Positions 61,644 to 64,000 of a stretch of DNA of 64,000 nt are shown here, one piece after another. Source of the stretch: Chloroflexota bacterium (GTDB taxonomy: Bacteria > Chloroflexota > UBA11872); contig JAPOXD010000045.1 in assembly GCA_026707285.1 (NCBI GenBank), positions 29,384-93,383 of the forward strand. The letters are read 5' to 3'. Below the pieces are notes generated by a model that searched no databases, was not told the origin of the DNA, and saw nothing but the letters and a program-made list of their open reading frames with translations. How positions within the stretch are numbered: position 1 is the first letter of the stretch; the number at the start of each line of letters is the position of its first letter. The position numbers and the translations under genes were made by a program.

Positions 61644-61676
61644 CCCCTCTCCCCAGGGGAAAGGGCCAGGGTGAGG
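61644..61676. repeat. REP-like element, family C
   Basis: cccctctccccaggggaaagggccagggtgagg is a hairpin plus a gggtgagg arm, inverted relative to 35944..35987. Confidence 0.6.
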
Positions 61677-61692
61677 AGATTCCACGCACAAC

Positions 61693-62586
61693 TCAGACGT
61701 TGACCAGCACCAGCCCCGCCAGCGCCGCCGCGATGCCGAGCAGAGTCACCGGCCCGTGTCGTTCGCGCCAGACGATCCAGCCGGCCAGGGTTATCAGGAG
61801 CACCGTGCCCGCGCTGTGGACGGGAAAGGCCACTGCGCCGGGCACCTCTCGCAGCGCGGCGAGGAGCACCCACAGCTGCACTACGTTGCACAGGCCCAGG
61901 CCCACGCCCATGAGAATCGGCAGCGGCACCCACGCCAGCGCGCCGGTCCGACCGTTTTGACGCATCGACGGACCCGGACCTTCGCTCCAGCGTCGAATGG
62001 CGAGAGTCACGCTTGCCGTCACCGTTGCGCCGGCGAACGTCGCCAGCACGAACGCGTCGCGGTCGGCGGCGGGCGTGACTTCGCTGATGACCTTCCACGA
62101 GATCAGCGTGCCCGCGGTGAATCCCAGCAGACCGGCCACCGCCACCCAATAGAGGCCCACCCGCGCCGCGGGCAGCATGGGCATGCGGCGGTAGGCGATC
62201 AGAGGCGCCGCAACGACCAGCAGGGCGATGCCGACCAGCGTGACCGCCTCGGCGGGCTCCCCGAACACCACCAGCGACACCGAGATCGGCGCCAGCAGGG
62301 CCAACGAACCGAGCGCGAAGGTGACGCCCACCCCGCGCTGTCCGAACATGAAGTACTGCAAGACGAAGAGCACCGCGAAGCCGACGCCGTTGAGCGCGCC
62401 CACCCAGTAGGCCAGCGCCGACGCATCCCAGCCGCCGCGCGCCGCCACCCACACCAGCGCCAGCAGCGCGGCGACGGCGTAGTTGATGACCGACACGTAG
62501 AAGTAGTATTCGGGCCGGCGCTGCGCCGCGCGCTGAATCAGCCCAAACGACACCGCCAGCGCCACCGCTGCTGCGAGGTATCCCAT
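61693..62586 (-). CDS. DMT-superfamily (EamA-like) transporter, ~10 TM
   Basis: 297-aa very hydrophobic ORF with two similar 5-TM halves. The family call rests on architecture only. Confidence 0.55.
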   Translation of the reverse strand: MGYLAAAVALAVSFGLIQRAAQRRPEYYFYVSVINYAVAALLALVWVAARGGWDASALAYWVGALNGVGFAVLFVLQYFMFGQRGVGVTFALGSLALLAPISVSLVVFGEPAEAVTLVGIALLVVAAPLIAYRRMPMLPAARVGLYWVAVAGLLGFTAGTLISWKVISEVTPAADRDAFVLATFAGATVTASVTLAIRRWSEGPGPSMRQNGRTGALAWVPLPILMGVGLGLCNVVQLWVLLAALREVPGAVAFPVHSAGTVLLITLAGWIVWRERHGPVTLLGIAAALAGLVLVNV

Positions 62587-62637
62587 AACGGCGGATAGGC
62601 TCGCATACCCGGACGGTCACACCATTCTCGGCGTGTT

Positions 62638-62705
62638 CCCTCCCTCATCCCCGTGTCGCGGCACGGGGCAGGCTCTCACCTTCTCCCGCCAGGGGAGAAG
62701 GGACC
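62638..62705. repeat. REP-like element, family C (double hairpin)
   Basis: Built from ccctccctcatc, then ccccgtg-tcgcgg-cacgggg, then cttctcc-cgccagg-ggagaag. Confidence 0.6.
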
Positions 62706-62794
62706 GAACCCGGCTCCAGGGCACCGTGGGGATACGTCCGGTGGCCCGGGCTGCGTGCAGCCCGGGATTCGATCTCGCTAGGTGAGGTCGGGCC

Positions 62795-63436
62795 TCAATC
62801 GGGCGGGTCGTCCAGACTCCCTCTCCCCGCCGTGGGAGAGGGTTGGGATGAGGGGGATTCGCCTGCGAGATTGACTCGCACCACGTGCCGCCTCCGGCCC
62901 AGCGGTCCCAGTTCGCGCGCGCCCGCGGCCTGGAACATGGGCCGGAGCCCGCCAAAGCGGTAGCTCGGCGAGTCGGGATCGACCGGATAGGCCTCGACCG
63001 CTGCCGCGCCCTGCTCGCGGGCGTAGTCGAGCGCCTCCCGCAGCAGTCGCGAAGCAAGCCCGCAGCCGCGCAACCGCCGCGGCACGAAGAAACAGGTGAG
63101 CGACCAGACCGACGGATCGTCGGCGCGGGCCGCGCCGGGGACCGCCGACGTCTTGGGCCGTGGGAAGGTGGAGCGCGGGGCGATCGAGCACCAGCCGAGG
63201 GGCTCGACGCCGGCATAGGCCAGGATGCCCACCGGCACGCCCGCCATCACCCGCGCCCGCATGCCCTCCTTCCGCGTTACCCGGTCGAGGTTCCGCTTCT
63301 CCTCCGGCGTCGCCCGATACGGCATGCACCAGCAATACGACGGCCCGCCCCGCGACTCGAACAGCCGCTCGAAGTCCGCCCACGTCGCGGCCTCGACCGG
63401 CCGAATGGTCAAGTCCGCCGGCAGCCGATCAGTCAT
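62795..63436 (-). CDS. GNAT family N-acetyltransferase; C-terminal ~25 codons run into a REP element
   Basis: Inner ATG 63436 of ORF 62795..63490 (MTDRLPADLTIRPVEAATWADFERLFESRGGPSYCWCM...). The acetyl-CoA motif region is RRLRGCGLASRLL. The tail ...VNLAGESPSSQPSPTAGRGSLDDPPD is encoded by repeat 62817..62856. Confidence 0.7.
   Translation of the reverse strand: MTDRLPADLTIRPVEAATWADFERLFESRGGPSYCWCMPYRATPEEKRNLDRVTRKEGMRARVMAGVPVGILAYAGVEPLGWCSIAPRSTFPRPKTSAVPGAARADDPSVWSLTCFFVPRRLRGCGLASRLLREALDYAREQGAAAVEAYPVDPDSPSYRFGGLRPMFQAAGARELGPLGRRRHVVRVNLAGESPSSQPSPTAGRGSLDDPPD
62817..62856. repeat. REP-like element, family C
   Basis: ctccctctccccgccgtgggagagggttgggatgaggggg contains the hairpin ccctctccc/gggagaggg. 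It lies inside the 3' end of the annotated GNAT frame. Confidence 0.65.
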
Positions 63437-63605
63437 GCGGAAACCGTAGCCTCCCGTCGCTTCGAGCGCGAAGTTCGCATCGAATCCCAAAGCGGTGGCC
63501 CCGCGTACAGGCGGGCTATCCCGCGCGATGTCTGACGACGATCCGAGACAATCTCGAGTATCCGACCTGCATATGGTCTATATTTGGTCCGAAAGGAGGC
63601 GGTCC

Positions 63606-63881
63606 GTGCAGCTATCCGACCGGATCAAGCCGATCAGCTATGTCAAGGCCCACGCCGCCGAGATTGTGCGCACGCTGGCGGAGCGACCGGAGCCCCTCAT
63701 CATCACCCAAAACGGCGAAGCCAAGGCGGTCTTGCAGGACATCGCCAGCTACGAGCGAATGCAGGAGACGCTGGCGCTGCTCAAGATTCTGGCCCTGGGC
63801 GAACGCCAGATCGCGGCGGGTGAGGTGGAGCCTGTCGCTGAGGTCGTCGCGCGGCTGCGGGAGCGGCAACCGACGCGCTGA
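63606..63881 (+). CDS. type II antitoxin (Phd/YefM or RelB-like)
   Basis: Inner GTG 63606 of ORF 63495..63881, preceded by AAAGGAGG (63592-63599). The pattern ISYVKAHAAEIVRTLAE..EPLIITQNGEAKAVLQDI.SYE is typical. The stop overlaps the next ATG (TGATG). Confidence 0.75.
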   Translation: MQLSDRIKPISYVKAHAAEIVRTLAERPEPLIITQNGEAKAVLQDIASYERMQETLALLKILALGERQIAAGEVEPVAEVVARLRERQPTR

Positions 63882-64000
63882 TGCCCTTCAATGTCCAGCT
63901 GACCGCCGGCGCGGCGCTCGATCTGGAGGACATTCACGACGACATCAGCGAGCGCCACTCATCCGCCGAGGCGGACTATGTGCTGAAGCGGATTGAACGC
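63881..64000 (+). CDS. type II toxin, RelE/ParE family, N-terminal 40 codons only (runs off right edge)
   Basis: ATG 63881 overlaps the antitoxin stop. MPFNVQLTAGAALDLEDIHDDISERHSSAEADYVLKRIER matches the usual ParE-type N-terminus (A..DL..I..YI). Partial, so tentative. Confidence 0.5.
   Translation, partial: MPFNVQLTAGAALDLEDIHDDISERHSSAEADYVLKRIER

Noticed and set aside
62755-62775. A possible distal att site for the tRNA-Gly-associated element (gggattcga, matching 9 nt of the tRNA T-arm region).
   Set aside because: A 9-nt match in 64 kb of GC-rich DNA is expected by chance. It does not extend into the acceptor-stem or 3' end sequence, which is what real att repeats cover.

Overview
High-GC bacterial chromosomal segment, gene-dense on both strands. 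Taxonomy cannot be fixed from the window. The REP-like hairpin families and gene content are compatible with a Chloroflexota/Thermomicrobia-like or actinobacterial genome, but that is only an impression. The dominant feature is a 26.3-kb head-to-tail array (2785-29104, minus strand, 41% of the window). It holds nine paralogous genes (P1-P9 by coordinate) with nothing interleaved. Each encodes a ~946-957 aa protein, except a truncated terminal copy. Each protein has a polytopic membrane core of ~13-14 hydrophobic segments by eye, followed by a ~390-aa C-terminal soluble region that is probably extracytoplasmic. I do not recognise the family. The array shows signs of old duplication under purifying selection. 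It also shows recent recombination: a 675-bp base-perfect tract shared by two copies 21 kb apart, a mosaic copy, and two interleaved C-terminal subtypes. Sugar-type oxidoreductases flank the array: a SAF-domain dehydrogenase, Gfo/Idh/MocA, a PQQ-dependent sugar dehydrogenase lipoprotein with a long Pro/Thr linker, and an SDR. The rest of the window contains an M81/MlrC-like peptidase and three type II toxin-antitoxin loci. It also has a DtxR-family regulator divergent from two secreted putative metal/redox proteins, and a solo groEL. There is a run of small SD-preceded membrane-peptide ORFs and an Rrf2-JAMM-LarE operon. An orphan histidine kinase and a 5-gene peptide/nickel-type ABC importer locus with associated enzymes are also present. 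A tRNA-Gly(GCC) has an integrase remnant beside it. Two GNAT genes, a DMT-type transporter and at least three families of intergenic REP-like hairpin repeats complete the list. Many long ORFs in the track are antisense or extension artefacts of the high GC content and are not reported. All coordinates adjusted from the ORF track were derived by hand and should be re-verified computationally.
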